A DNA stretch of 64,000 nt from Mobula hypostoma (GCF_963921235.1 NC_086108.1:63428001-63492000); one strand, 5' to 3'. Positions 1-15,074 are shown, counted from the stretch's first letter. Translations and numbers: made by a program. Notes: generated from the letters alone by a model not told the origin.

Positions 1-1778
1 CTTGCATCTCATTTCTGAATATATTATTTATTTTCTAAGATAAGAGCCTGAAAATATTGAGGAAACAGACTATTTTGAAAAAGGATCTAGTGCTTTCCTG
101 GTGTATGTGACAAACAAACTCACTCTTTTTGGGTTTCCCGGTACAGTTATTGATTATAACTGATATTTCAATGACAGACTCTGCCATCTTCATCAGGGAT
201 GATACCTGGGCTTGTCTCGTCCCGTGGTATTTATGTTGTTTATTAAATAGATTATTTTTGCTTGATCATTTACCAACTTCTTTGGTTTGTTATGATATTA
301 TCCAATTGATATAATCCTTCCAGGAAGTGTTTACATGAATAGTCTTTGGCCTTCTAGGTACCAGGTGGTGTTCCAGAAAGTGGAACCATTTCACTTTCCC
401 CAATACCGTGACTGTAATATGCCTGCTGTGCTGTTCAAACCACATACCTCCTTCCAATACACTCTGGATATGGTCAGATATGAGCTGCCGTTATATATGA
501 AGCATTTGATCATGCTTATTTATCTGCGTTGTATTAGTTCCTTCAGGATAATTCTCCCATCCAGACCAAACTATTACCATTGAAAACGTGAAGTTTAGTT
601 TGGCTTAAGAACAACTGCTTTTTTCACTTAAAGCGTTCAATATATTCACTTTTTTTGAGAAATGGTATTAAAATTAAACTGATGGGGATATCAGAAGATG
701 GATTTGCTTGACATCTTTTTAATGGATACAAATTAAAATGAATGTGTATTAAAAATTAAGTTAAACCAACTTTCTGCATTTGCAGTAATATACATGCATT
801 CATGTTTTTAAATGGTGTTCATAGTGGAAACCAAGCAAATTATTTCTAGGCTCCATTCCTTTCTAATCTAAGTAATGCATTCTGAGGGAATTGCTGATCC
901 AATTGATTCAAATCCAGCCCAAGGTCAGCCAATGAAAGAAACTCTTCTCCACTTGTGAAGATATTTTCTGAATCTTATTCAGGAACCACTGATTGCAAGG
1001 ATTATACCTCAGCCCCCAAAATTATGTTATGATTGAGCAGATAAAGAGAAGATTGTGCTGGGTACTTATACTTGGGGTGCTTCAATATTTATTCTCGACC
1101 CCGGTGAATAGAAAGATTATTTCACATGCCTGTAATTATATAATGCATATGTCTATTCATTTGCAGGAAAACGCAACTGCATGGGAGAACCACTGGCTAG
1201 AATGCAATTGTTCCTTTTCTTCACTTCTTTAATGCAGAAGTTCAAATTTGTTTTTCCTGTGGGTGTCAAGCCAAGTTTTGAAGCTGTAATGTATGTATTA
1301 CATAGCCCTCAGCCATACAAGATATGCGCAGTTCCACGCTGAACCAAGGGAGCAGTAGTATCTATTGTATGACACAATACCTTGGCTCCTTGGACCAGCT
1401 TTCTATCTTTCCTCTTTGCAAAACTGAATCCTCTTTAATTCAAGATCACTAAGAAATCTCCCTTTTAAAATCAATGTTTCAATAAATGTGTTATTCTAAT
1501 GCTTTGTGGAAACACGAGGAAAGGAAGCATTCAATTGTAAAGAAGATCAGAACATTCCCTCGATTTAACACTCCTGAAGTAACTAAGTATTTCTTTCTGG
1601 GTCAGCTCTTCCTGCTAATCAAGGCTAAGAACAACCATCTAACTTCTCTTTAGTCTCTCCCTCACATCTTTCCATCCAACAACTGTTCATTGACAGCATC
1701 ATCTGAAGGCATAAGTCAGTTTTCACGTAGAAGCCCATGACACATTACAATATCTCTAAATACTCATATCTTCTGTAT

Positions 1779-1907
1779 GTCCTGATGAAGATGTTAGTCC
1801 ATTAACTCTTTATTCCTCTTCATAGATGCTGCCCGGCCTGCTGAGTTCCTTCAGCATTTTCTGTGTGTTACTCTAGATTTCCAGCATCTGCAGAATCTCT
1901 TGTATTT
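1779..1907 (+). mobile_element. Penelope-like element 3' end remnant (hammerhead partly deleted)
   Basis: gtcctgatgaag followed by gatgctgcccggcctgctgagttcc...ccagcatctgcagaatctc. This is the same terminal motif found on the GIY-YIG-bearing copy at 47408-48698. Confidence 0.7.
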
Positions 1908-3003
1908 AGTTGTTCCTTCACTACTGTATAAGCAGAAATTTCACAATTTCACAAATCAGTCTTGCTACAAGTTCTTCAGCCAATGCCAATTCCACTTCCT
2001 TCTCTAATACTTGTCTGAATTAGACCATTTTTTAAACCTTCGAATAGATTACTTAGATGTTCCTAAGCAAAAATACTTACTTCTCCTGTAGAACAATAAT
2101 ATTGAGGCCAACAGAGAAGATTTGAATAACTCACAATTGACCAGAGTCATTACTAGAATTATAAACTAACTTGAAGCCATTAGAAGCTAATCATCTCTAC
2201 CCTGATTCTTGCCCAGAACAGAATCAGGGGAATGTTTTGGGCGTAAACATCTTCAAATGCTTAATTCTTAATCATCCTTACATGCAAATTCAAATTGCAT
2301 TTGAATCCTCTGAGATTAGTGTAGTGTGTATGTGCTTGCATAAACTTGGACAGCATTCAGCCTTGGGCAGGTATGTAGCATGTTATATTCACAATGCACA
2401 AACTTGTGGCTATAAAAATCTACAAGAGAAAGTCTCACTGCTGTTCTTTGACTTTCAACAAAATCACTACTGTTAAATCCTCGATTATCAAGATACTTGG
2501 AAATACAGATTGGATTGGCTAAAACTTCACTGGATTGGTTAACTAAATACTGTGGTTACAAGAATAGGTGAAAGACAGGTTATGTTATGATGCATGACTC
2601 CCATTTTGGTTCTCTCAAGACAGAACTCAGGGGAGTGATAGAAGGCAAAATTAGTGTCTCTCTCCCATCATTAAGACATTTAAGACTATCCCATATATGC
2701 AACTCATTTGCTTGTCACCACATCCCCCACTCTTGTACATTTATTCTCTCCACTATCAGCAAACACATCTTGACTATAATGTACAACATTACAAAATCAT
2801 TATTCTGACTTACAAGGCTTGTTTGGTAACACTTACCATATCCCTCGCTGCTATCTACCTCAAAAGAGAAAATTAGAGATTTTATAAGAATATCAACACC
2901 AAATAGCTTCCCATCAAGTTTCATGTCATTCTGATTCAGAAAGTTTTTTTATGTTCCTTGGTTCATCAAAATTCTGAACTCCCTACCTGACAGTACAGTT
3001 GGT

Positions 3004-4525
3004 AAACACAAGAAATTCTGCAGATGTGGAAAATCCAAAGCAACGAACACAATGCTGGGAGGAACTCAGTAGGTCAGGCAGCATCAATGGAAATGAACAA
3101 ACAATCAACATTTTGGGCTGAGACTCTTCTTCAGGACTGGAAAGGAATGAGGAAGGTATTGGTTGGGGCAGTTTGTTTCGAGAGGTTGAGACAGAAATTG
3201 AGAAAGGACAAGGAGATATCAGAAATAAATCAGGTGAATTTAAGAGTAGGGTGGAAGCTGAAGACGAAGTTGGTGAACTTGACGAGCTCAGCACGGGCAC
3301 ATGAAGCAGCCCAAAGCAGGTATCAACGTAGTGGAGGAAGAGTTGGGGAATGTTACCAGGGAAGGCATGGAACATTGACTGTTCTACATAGCCAATTAAA
3401 AAGCAGGCAAAGCTGGGGCCCATGTGGGTGCCCATGGTCACCCCTCAAGTCTAGAGAAAATAGGAGCTGAAGGAGAAATTGTTGAAGGCGAAGACAGTTC
3501 TGCCTGATGAAGGAGGGTGGTGATAGAGCGAAACTAGTTGGTCCTTTTATTGACAAAGAAGCAGAAAGTTTTAAGGCCTTCTTGTTGGGGAATAGAAGTG
3601 TATAGGGACTGGACAACCATGGTGAAAATAAGGTGGTCAGGGCAAGAGAATTGAAAGTTATTGAGGAGAGCGGGAGCATGAGTAATGTCATGGATGTTGG
3701 TGGGAAGGGACTGAACCAAGGAGGATAGAATGGTGTTGAGGTATGAGGACATAAGTTCAGTGGGGCAGGAGCTTGATGAGATCTGTGATGGTCTTGCAGA
3801 CAGTTTTCTGATGGTTCTGAGTGGAGTCCTCTTCAAGGGGTAGGCATGAGGAGGTGGCTGAGGATTTTTGCCAGGCTTCATCAAGATAGAGTTCAGTGTG
3901 CCACACTGCAGTGTAACCCCTTTCACTGCAGGTTTGATGGCAAGATTAGGACTGGTGTATAGAGAGTGGAGAACAGTGTATTCAGAGGGAGTAAGTTTTG
4001 AGGAGGAGAGAGGAGTGCTGAGGTTGAGCCGGCTGATATCTTATTGGCAATTAGAGACTAAAAGATGCAGTGAAGGCAGGGAACCAATGTGGGGAATCCA
4101 AGAAGAGGAGGAGCATCGGAGATGGGAGAAGGGATCATCAGTGCGGGGTGGGAAATTCTTGCCGAAAAAGTGGGCTTGGAGATGGAGGTGATGGAAAAAC
4201 AGCTTGGTGTTGGTGTGGGCAAAGGGGGACAAAGTCAAGGCCTTTGCTGAGGTCATCTCAGAGAAGGAAATGGTGAAGGCACAGCAGAGATTAGATCTGG
4301 CATGAGAATTGGAGGTGTCATAGGAGAAGGGAATTTTGTGGTGTTCAGGGAAGGTAGGGTGGGACGAAGATGGTGGCTCCGAGGACCCAAGAAGTGACCT
4401 TGGATCCTGAGGGACCTGGAATTGGAGGGTGGTGGTGGGGGAAGGGGAGACGGGAGGCCCAGCAGCAGCGAGGTAGGTTGAGGCTGGAGCAAGATCTAAA
4501 CACTGCACGTTTTGCAGTCTGATAG
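3004..4525 (-). mobile_element. Degenerate Penelope-like element: RT region joined to the 3' end by an internal deletion
   Basis: Frameshifted minus-strand ORFs carry PLE RT motifs (MVVQSLYTSIPQQEG, MGTHMGPSFAC, LHYVDTCFG). The PLE terminal repeat lies at 3004-3150 and the GIY-YIG region is missing. Confidence 0.8.
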
Positions 4526-6095
4526 CATCTAGGGTCACAGGAACCAGCATTGGTGATGAGAGAATCTGAGGTCTGGATCCCCTTCGATCCAGTACAATCG
4601 GTATATTTTTATCACAATTCAATTATGGGATATGGTTCAAAACCATGCATTACCATCACTTTCTCAAACGTCTCTCTGGGGTAAGCATGATATGCTGGAC
4701 CTGCTGTCAATACCCATATCCCATAACTGCATTTTAAAGAAGAATGGCTTCATCACTTGCATATTTATCCGCTTTACTTAATGCTGTCCTGCCCCTTCTT
4801 TCACCAACTCCAATATGCAATGTGTTGCCATGTGCATCTTGTCTACTTGAGCACTCAGTCATTGTGATTCAGTCCCAATGATCCACATCAGCTCATGGCA
4901 TATTGAATAAATAGCCTTAAATCTTCTTGCGCTTTCCCCCTGCCCTGTTCCTGCATCCCACTCCACCTGTCTGCCCTCTCCATCCTGTGTTTCTTTAGTT
5001 CCCACATTTTATACATCCAGTCCACTCTTGGTATTAGCCATCCAGGCCCAAATATGTGGAATTTTCTTTCTTAATGCCTACAATTCCTTCTCCAATCTGT
5101 TATAAAAATAAATATTGCTGTTCCTCTGTTCTGAGAATTCTTTGGTCACTCGCAATCTCTCCTGCAAGAGCATCATATTCTTGATAACAGTCAGTGAAGC
5201 AATTCCAGACAGTTAACTGGAAACAAATATTATAAGTTTCAGCATATCACCCTTATTACGTTATAACATTTAACTGGTCACATGAAGGATCTTTTTTAAT
5301 TGTTGTGAGTAGATTTTAAAATGTAGCATTCCTAACATAAGGACTACAGTAGAAACTTTGAATTTGGGTATGGAAATCATTTTTAATATATAAGCATACA
5401 ATTTCTGAGGAGAGCATACATTATTTTCCAAGTATTCACTTCAGTATGCAATGAATCCCATGTCTGGCTTCCAGCTGCAATGTGGAATCTGGTTTTGAAA
5501 ATCCTGACATTTAAAATGTAGCTGATATTGTGTTCTGAAGAATTTATGTTAACAGTAAGTGCCAATAGAACAGAATACAGCTTATTTTAGATGAATCTTT
5601 TTGTCTACATGTTAAATGAGAACAAAAGCAAAGCTAATTCCTGCGCATAGGGTAGCTATCTATAGAATGGGAAAACATTACTATAAAGAATCAACCATCA
5701 TAACTGCAGTGTTTCCCATTGCTGTGTGAAAATTGGACAACAGCTTTTGAGCACGATATTTGACAATTAAATGCATAAATCAAAAAAATTATGTGTAAGC
5801 TCTTCTCAAAACTTGAATCTAGTTCTTCACATACTGTATATTGAATCATGTGAAGTCGTAGATATTGCCTTGCAGATTGAACGTATTAGTATATTTGGGC
5901 CTTCTGTAAGTACCCATATAATATTATTATGAGGTGTCATTTATAAAAGTGAAATAATCTCTCTAGCAATGAAAATCAAATTTTTCAGGTTTTAACAATT
6001 GTGTGTGATTAAAAAACATCAAAGAAGCAAAAGCCTCAAATTTACATCTTATCAGTTAATTTTAAATAACTTGTTCTTTCTTTACCACTCTTCAA

Positions 6096-8317
6096 GGGCA
6101 AGAGGTAGAAGAAAGGAAACTATAGGCCAGTTAGTCTGACCTCGTTGATGGAGTCAATTATTAAGGACGGGGTTTCAGGGTACTTGGAAGCACATCATAA
6201 AATAAGCCATAGTCAGCATGGTTTCCTCAAGGGGTAATCTTGCCTGACAAATCTGTTGGAATTCTTTAAAGAAATAACAAGCAGGAACATCGGTTGATTT
6301 TGTATCCTTGAATTTTCAGAAGGCCTTTGACAAGGTGCCACACATGAGGCTGCTTAACAGGGAAAGATTCTAGCATGGATAAAGCAGTAGCTGATTGACA
6401 GGAGGCAAAGAGCGGAAATAAAGGGAGTCTTTTCTGGCTGACTGCCAGTGACTGGTGGTGCTCCACAGGGGTCTGTACTGGGACTGATTCATTTATTTTG
6501 TATGTCAGTGATTTGGATGATGGAATTGATGACTTTGCTGCAAAGTTTGTAGACGATATGAAGGTAGAGTGCCCATAAAAACTATTGCCCCTCCCCCTGG
6601 AAGTTTTCATGTCTTATTGTTTTACAACATTGAATCAGTGGATTTAATTTGGCTTTTTAGACACTGATCAACAGAAAAGATTCTTTTGTGTCAAAATGAA
6701 AACAAATTTCTGCAAATTGGTCTAATTATTAAACCCACACTAATTGATTGTATAATTACTCAACCCCTTCAAGTCAGTATTTAGTAGATGCACCTTTGGC
6801 AGCAATTGCAGCTTTGAGTTTGTGTGGATAGGTTTCTATCTGGACACGCAATTTTTCCCCATTCTTTACAAAACTGCTCAAGTTCTGTCAGATTGCTTAG
6901 GGATCGTGAGTGAACAGCCGTTTTCAAGTCCATCCACAAGTTGTCAATTGGATTGAGGTATGGACTCTGACTTGGCCACTCCAGGACATTAACTTTGTTG
7001 ATTTTAAGCAATTCCTGTGTAGCTGTGGCTTTATACTTGGGGTCATTGTCTTGCTGGAAAATAAATCTCCTCCCAAGTCGCAGTTCGCTTGCAGATTGCA
7101 TCATGTTTTCTTCCAGGATTTCCAGGTAAAATTTTGCTGCATTAATGTTACCTTCTGGTTTCACAAGTCTTCCTGAGCCTGCTGCTGTGAAGCATCCCCA
7201 CAGCATGATGCAGCCACCACCTTCCTTCTACGGTAGAGATGGTGCATCCTTCTGCAGACTCATGCTTCCTCAGAACTACTTGTCCCTCCCCCTATGTTTG
7301 TATCATCTGAAAAGATGGCCACACATCATCAATTCTGTCATCCAGATCGTTGACATATAATATGAAAAGTAGCGACCCAACACCAGCGACTACAGAAATC
7401 TTCATCTGCAGGCAAACAGAAACGTTCCCTTTATTTACACTCTTTGCATTCTGCCAGGCAGCCAATTTTGTGTCCATGGTAGTATCTTTGCTGTAGAGAA
7501 TGGGCAAAGAAATGGCAGATGGAAGACACTGTAAGGTAATGTATGGCCATGCATTTTGATACAAAGAATAAAGGCATAGATAATTATCTAAATGGGCAGC
7601 GTATTCTGAAATCAGAGGTGCAAAGGGACTTGAGAGAACCAGTACAGGATTACCTAAAGGTTAACTTGACTTGCAGGTTGAATCAGTAGTAAGGAAGGCA
7701 AATATAATGTTATCATTCACTTCAAGAGGACTAGAATATAAAAACAATGATGTAATGCTGAGGCTTTATAAGGCATTGGTCAAACCACATATGGAGTATT
7801 GTGAGCATGTTTGGGCCCCATTTCTAATACTGGCACTGGAGAGGGTCCAGAGGAGGTTTATGAAAACTATCATAGGAATGAAAGGGTTAATGTACGAGAC
7901 GTATTTAATAGCTGTTGGCCCATATTCACTGGATTTCAGAAGAATGAGGGGAATCTCTTTTAAACCTACTGAATATTGAAAGGCCTAAATAGAGTAATGG
8001 GAGAGCCGAGGACTGGAAGACACAGCATCAGAATATGAGGACATAACTTTACAACAGAAGTGAGGAGGAATTTCTTTAGCCTGAAGGTTGTGAATCTGTA
8101 GAATTTATTGCCATGGACAGCTGTACAGGTCAAGTCATTGAGTATATTTATAATCGCAAGTCAATAGGTCCTTGATTATTAGGGGGTTTCAAAATTAATG
8201 GGAAGTAGTGGAGAATGGGTTGACAGGGAAAATAATCCAGCCATAACTGAATGGCAAAGCAGACTTGATGGCCAAATGGCCTAAATCTGCTCCTGTGTCT
8301 TGTGGTTTTATGGTCAA
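6096..8317 (+). mobile_element. Degenerate CR1 LINE (RT to 3' tail), interrupted by Tc1 and an inverted CR1 piece (about 7235-7480)
   Basis: NYRPVSLTS-type DNA at 6117. ORF 7671-7979 (LRLYKALVKPHMEYC). Tail tgctcctgtgtcttgtggttttatggtc. Confidence 0.8.
6566..7232 (-). mobile_element. Tc1/mariner DNA transposon remnant (one IR/DR end plus transposase C-terminus)
   Basis: ORF 6781-7206 contains WGCF, FIFQQDNDPKY and WPSQSPYLNPIDNLW, a degenerate DD34E domain. TIR-like agtgcccataaaaactattgcccc at about 6568. Confidence 0.85.
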
Positions 8318-9227
8318 TTAGAATAATTCAAAAACACAATTAAAAGAAATCTAGATTAGATTAACTGAATTAAAACTGGTGGTTTAGTAGACACTGAAGT
8401 GGGTGGTCTAAGATTACAGTGGGATCTAGGCCAACCTAATGAAGTGGGCCTAGGAACGGCAGATGGAATTTAACTTGGACAAGTGTGAGGTGTTATACTT
8501 CGGTAAGTTAAACCAGTGCAGGATTTGCACAGTAGGTGCCATGGCTCTGAGGAGTATTGTAGAATGAAGAGACAAAGGGATACAAGTTCATAGATTCTGA
8601 TCATAACATGCTAATGAATGAATCACTGATCTGTTCATTGCAATTATTTTCATTGACGTGGATCTTGCAAGGACACAGAATGACAGGGAAGCTGCAGAAC
8701 TTAGTCATGGAAACATAGTTCATTGAATATTTTAAAAAATTTTTTGAGGATGTGACTAAACACATTGATGGAGTTAGAGCAGTAGATGTAGTGTATATGG
8801 ATTTCAGCAAGGCATTTGATAAGGTACACCGTGCAAGGCTGATTGAGAAAGTAAGGAGGCATGGGATCCAAGGGGATATTGCTTTGTGGATCCAGAATTG
8901 GCTTACCACAGAGTGGTTGTAGACGGGTCATATTCTGTTTGAAGGTTGGTGACCAGTGGTGTGCCTCAGGGATCAGTTCTGGGACCCCTACTCTTCGTAA
9001 TTTTTATAAATGACCTTGATGAGGAAGTGGACGGATAGGTTAGTAAACTTGCTGATGACACAAAGGTTGGGGAGGTTGTGGATAGTGTGGAGGGCTGTCA
9101 GAGGTTACAGCGGGACAATGATAGGATGCAAAACTGGGCTGAGAAGTGGCAGCTGCAGTTCAACCCAGGTAAGTGTGAGGTGGTTCATTTTGGTAGGACA
9201 AATATGACGGCAGAATATAGTATTAAT

Positions 9228-12200
9228 AGAACATAGAACATAGAATATTACAGCACAGTACAGGCCCTTCGGCCCACAATGTTGTGCTGACCTTCAAACC
9301 CTGCCTCCCATATAAGTCCCCAACTTAAATTCCTCCATATACCTGTCCAGTAGTCTCTTAAACTTCACTAGTGTATCTGCCTCCACCACTGACTCAGGCA
9401 GTGCATTCCACACACCATAGGACTATAGAACCATAGAAACTACAGCACAGAAACACACCTTTTGGCCCTTCTTGGCTGTGCCGAACCATTTTCTGCCTAG
9501 TCCCACTGACCTGCACACGGACCATATCCCTCCATACACCTCCCAACCATGTATCTGTCCAATTCATTCTTAATGTTAAAAAGGAACGCGCATTTACCAC
9601 CTTGTCTGGCAGCCCATTCCATACTCCCACCACTCTCTGTGTGAAGAAGCCCCCCCAATGTTCCTTTTAAACTTTTCCCCCCATGCTTAACCCATGTCCT
9701 CTGGTTTTTTTCTCCCCTTGCCTCAGTGGAAAAAGCCTGCTTGCATTCACTCTATCAATACCCATCATAATTTTATATACCTCTATCAAATCTCCCCTCA
9801 TTCTTCTACTCTCCAGGGAATAAAGTCCTAACCTATTCAACCTTTCTCTGTAACTGAGTTTCTCAAGTCCTGGCAACATCCTTGTAAACCTTCTCTGCAC
9901 TCTTTCAACCTTATTTATATCCTTCCTGTAATTTGGTGACCAAAACTGAACACAATACTCCCGATTCGGCCTCACCAATGCCTTATACAACCTCATCATA
10001 ACATTCCAGTTCTTATACTCAATACTTTGATTAATAAAGGCCAATCTACCAAAAAGCTCTCTTTACGACCCTATCTACCTGTGACGCCACTTTTAGGGAA
10101 TTTTGTATCTGTATTCCCAGACCCCTCTGTTCCACTGCACTCCTCAGTGCCTTACCATTAACCCTGTATGTTCTACCTTGGTTTGTCCTTCCAACATGCA
10201 ATACCTCACACTTGTCTGTATTAAACTCCATCTGCCATTTCTCAGCCCATTTTTCCAGCTGGTCCAATTCCCTCTGCAGGCTCTGAAAACCCTCCTCACT
10301 GTCTACTACACCTCCAATCTTTGTATCATCAGCAAATTTGCTGATCCAATTTACCACATTATCATCCAGATCATTGATATAGATGACAAATAACAATGGA
10401 CCCAGCACTGATCCCTGTGGCACACCACTAGTCACAGGCCTCCACTCTGAGAAGCAATTCTCTACTACCACTCTTTGGCTTCTTCCATTGAGCCAATGTC
10501 TAATCCAATTTACCACCTCTCCATGTATACCTAGCGACTGAATTTTCCTAACTAACCTCCCATGCCGGATCTTGTCAAAGGCCTTACTGAAGTCCATGCA
10601 GACAATATCCACTGCCTTCCCTTCATCCACTTTCCTGGTAACCTCCTCGAAAAACTCCAATAGATTGGTCAAACATGACCTACCACGCACAAAGCCATGT
10701 TGACTCTCCCTAATAAGTCCCTGTCTATGCAAATGCTTGTAGATTCTGTCTCTTAGTACTCCCTTCAATAACTTACCTACTACTGACGTTAAACTTACTG
10801 GCCTATAATTTCCCAGTTTACTTTTCGATCCTTTTTTAAACAACGGAACAACATGAGCCACTCTCCAATCCTCCGGCACCTCACCTGTAGACAGCGACAT
10901 TTTAAATATTTCTGCCAGGGCCCCTGCAATTTCAACATTAGTCTCCTTCAAGGTCCGAGGGAACACCCTGTCAGGTCCTGGGGTTTTACCTACTTTAATT
11001 TTCCTCAAGACAGCAAGGACCTCCTCCTTTTCGATCTGTACAGATCTGCACCAACTGCTCTCTGAGTAAAAATCCTTCCTCTGATATCACCCTTGAACTT
11101 CCCACCCCTTACCTTAAAGCCATGTCCTCTTGTGTTGAGCAGTGGTGCCCTGGGGAAGATACGCTGGCTATCCACTCTATCTATTCCTCTTATTATCTTG
11201 TACACCTCTATCATGTGTCCTCTCATCCTCCTCTCCCAAGAGTAAAACCCTAGCTCCCTTAATCTCTGATCATAATCCATACTCTCTAAACCAGGCAGCA
11301 TCCTGGAAAATCTCCTCTGTATCCTTCCCAATGCTTCCACATCCTTCCTATAGTGACGCGACCAGAACTGGACACAGTACTCCAAGTGTGGCCTAACCAG
11401 AGTTTTATAGAGCTGCATCATTACATCGAGCTCTTAAACTCTATCCCTCGACTTATGAAAGCTAACACCCCATAAGCTTTCTTAACTACCCTATCCACCT
11501 GTCAGGCAACTTTCAGGGATCTGTGGACATGTACCCCCAGATCCCTCTGCTCCCCACACTAGCAAGTATCATGCCATTTACGTTGTACTCTGCCTTGGAG
11601 TTTGTCCTTCCAAAGTGTACCACCTCACACTTCTCTGGGTTGAACTCAATCTGCCACTTCTCAGCCCACTTCTGCATCCTATCAATGTCTCTCTGCAATC
11701 TTTGACAATCCTCTACATTATCTTCAACACCACCAACCTTTGTGTCATCTGCAAACACGCCAACCCACCCTTCTACCCCGACATCCATGTCGTTAATAAA
11801 AATCACGAAAAGTAGAGGTCCCAGAACAGATCCTTGTGGGACACCACTGGTCACAATCCTCCAATCTGAATGTACTCCCTCCAGCATGACCCTCTGTCTT
11901 CTGCAGGCAAGCCAATTCTGAATGCACCTGGCCAAACTTCCCTGGATCCCATGCCTTCTGACTTCCTGAATAAGCTTATGGTGTGGAACCTCGTCAAATG
12001 CCTGACTAAAATCCATATAGATCACATCCACTGCACTACTGTCATCTATATGCCTGGTCACCTCCTCAAAGAACTCTATCAGGCTTGTTAGACACGATCT
12101 GCCATTCACAAAGCTATGCTGACTGTCCCTGATCAGACCATGATTCTCTAAATGCCCATAAATCCTGTCTCTAAGAATCTTTTCCAACAGCTTTCCCACC

Positions 12201-14275
12201 ACAGACATAAGGCTTACTGGTCTATAATTACCCGGACTATTCCTACTACCTTTTTTGAACAAGGGGACAACATTCGCCTCCCTCCAATCCTCCGGTACGA
12301 TTCCCGTGGACAACGAGGAAATAAAGATCCGAGCCAGAGGCTCAGCAATCTCTTCCCTCGCCTCGTGGAGCAGCCTGGGGAATATTCCGTCAGGCCCTGG
12401 GGACTTACTCGTCCTAATGTATTTTAACAACTCCAACACCTCCTCTCCCTTAATATCAACATGTTCCAGAACATCAACCTCACTCATATTGTCCTCACCT
12501 CCATCAAGTTCCCTCTCATTGGTGAACACCGAAGAGAGGTATTCATTGAGGATCTTGCTCATTTCCACAGCCTCCAGGCACATCTTCCCACCTTTATCTC
12601 TAATTGGTCCTACTTTCACTCCTGTCATCCTTTATTTCTTCACATAGTTGAAGAATGCCTTGGGGTTTTCCTTTACCCTACTCGCCAAGGCCTTCTCATG
12701 CCCCCTTCTTGCTCTTCTCAGCCCCTTCTTAAGCTCCTTTCTTGCTTCCCTATATTCCTCAATAGACCCATCTGATCCTTGCTCGCTAAACCTCATGTAT
12801 GCTGCCTTCTTCCACCTGACTAGATTTTCCACCTCACTTGTCACCCATGGTTCCTTCACCCTACCATTCTTTATCTTCCTCACCGGGACAAATTGATCCC
12901 TAACATCCTGCAAGAGATCTCTAAGCATCGACCACATGTCCATAGTACATTTCCCTGCAAAAACATCATCCCATTTCACACCCGCAAGTTCTAGCCTTAT
13001 AGCCTCATAATTTGCCCTTCCCCAATTAAAAATTTCCTGTCCTCTCTGATTCTATCCTTTTCCATGATAATGCTAAAGGCCAGTGAGCAGTGGTCGCTGT
13101 CCCTCATTTGCTCATCCACTGAGAGATCTGTGGGTGACCTGGTTCATTACCTAGTACTAGATCTAGTATGGCATTCCTCCTAGTCGGCCTGTCCACATAC
13201 TGTGACAGGAATCCATCCTGGACACACTTAACAAACTCTGCCTCATCTTAACCCTTGGAACTATTCAGGTGCCAATCAATATTAGGGAAGTTAAAGTCAC
13301 CCATGATAACAACCCTGCTATTTTTGCACCTTTCCAAATCTGCCTCCCAATCTGCTCCTCTGTATCTCTGCTGCTACCAGGGGGCCTATAGAATACCCTC
13401 AATAGAGTAACTGCTCCCTTCCTGTTCCTGACTTCCACCCATATTGACTCAAAAGAGGATCCTGCTACATTACCCACCCTTTCTGTAGCTGTAATAGTAT
13501 CCCTGACCAGTAATGGGATACTATTACCCTTCCTCCCCTTTTTCCACCCTCTCTATCCCTTTTGAAGCACTGAAATCCAGGAATATTGAGAATCCATTCC
13601 TGCCCTGGTGCCAGCCAACTCTCTGTAATGGCCACTACATCATAATTCCATGCATGTATCCAAGCTCTCAGTTCATCACCTTTGTTCCTGATGCTTCTTG
13701 CATTGAGGTACACACATTTCAGCCCTTCTACCTTACTGTCTTTACACCGTTTATTCTGCTTCTCTTTCCTCAAAGCCTCTCTATATGTTAGATCTGGCTT
13801 TACTCCATGCACTTCTTTCACTGCTCTATCGCTCTGGGTCCCATTCCCCTTGCAAATTAGTTTAAACCCTCCCGAACCATGCTAGCAAACCAACCTGCAA
13901 GGATATTGGACCCCCTCGAGTTCAGGTGCAATCCATCCAATCTGTACAGGTCCCACCTTCCCTGGAAGAGATCCCAATGATCGAAAATCTGAAACCCTGC
14001 TCCCCGCACCAACTCCTCAGCCACGCCTTCAACTGCCATCTCCTCCAATTCTTACCATCACTGTCACATAGCACTGGCAGCAATCCTGAGAACGCCACCC
14101 TTAAGGTCCTGTTCTTCAGCCTTCTGCCTAGTTCCCGAAACTCACACTTCAGGACCTCATCCCTCTTCCTGCTTATGTCGTTGGTCCCAACATGTATCAC
14201 GACTTCTGGTTGCTTTCCCTCTCGTACCAGGATGTCGTGCACCCGGTCAGAGACATCCCAGACCCTGGCACCCTC
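9228..14275 (-). mobile_element. CR1 LINE B, near full length (ORF1 SGNH esterase, APE endonuclease, RT), frameshifted
   Basis: ORF1 has VIHVGTND and DGLHLN (13857-14242). EN has YLNARSI and VAITESW (13465-13821). RT with FADD spans 11513-12628. (agaacat)n tail at 9228. Confidence 0.9.
9414..11046 (-). mobile_element. CR1 LINE C, 5'-truncated, nested in the 3' region of CR1 B
   Basis: RT ORF 10046-11008 ([14 protein letters not shown]). It has its own tail at 9414. B sequence resumes at about 11047. Confidence 0.88.
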
Positions 14276-15074
14276 TTAATGGTAAGACTCTCAGCAGTGT
14301 GGAGGATCAGAGGGATCTTGGGGTCTGAGTCCATAGGACACTCAAATCCGCTGCGCAGTTTGATTCTGTGGTTAAGAAGGCATACAGTGCATTAGCCTTC
14401 ATCAATCATGGGATTGAGTTTAGGAGCTGAGAGGTAATGTTGCAGCTATATAGGACCCTGGTCAGACCCCACTTGGAGTACTGTGCTCAGTTCTGGTCAC
14501 CTCACCACAGGAAGATTGTGGAAACCATAGAACGGGTGCAGAGGAGATTTACAAGGATGTTGCCTAGATTGGGGGGCATCCCTTATGAGAAGAGGTTGAG
14601 TGAACTCGGCCTTGTCTCCTTGGAGCAACAGAGGGTGAGAGGTGGCGTGACAGAATTGCATAAGATAATGAGAAGCATTGATCGTGTGGATAGTCAGAGG
14701 CTTTCTCGCAGGGCGGAAATGGCTAACATGAGAGGGCACAGTTTTAAGGTGCTTGAAAGTGGGTACACCGGAGAGGTCATGGGTAAGTTTTTTACGCAGA
14801 GAGTGCTGGGCTGCCAGCGATGGTGGTGGAGGTGGACATGATAGGGTATTTTAAGAGACGCCTGGACAGGTAGATGGAGCTGAGAAAAATAGAGGGCTAG
14901 AGGTAGTCCTAGGTAATTTCTAAGGTAAGGCCATATTCGGCACAGTTTTGTGGGCCGAAGGGCCTGTATTGTGCTGTAAGTTTTCTATGTTTTCTGAGAG
15001 TACCTGGTTGTACACTAATTTGGTCATTTCCAGGAGGGTTCCCCATTCTGACCAGGCCCACAATGCCACTAACC

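Larger units (their letters stand above)
8735..14993 (+). mobile_element. CR1 LINE A, split into 8735-9227 and 14276-14993 by nested insertions
   Basis: RT DNA ends ...tagtattaat and resumes ttaatggtaagac. The uninterrupted equivalent at about 49965 reads gtattaatggtaagac, so ttaat is duplicated. Confidence 0.85.
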
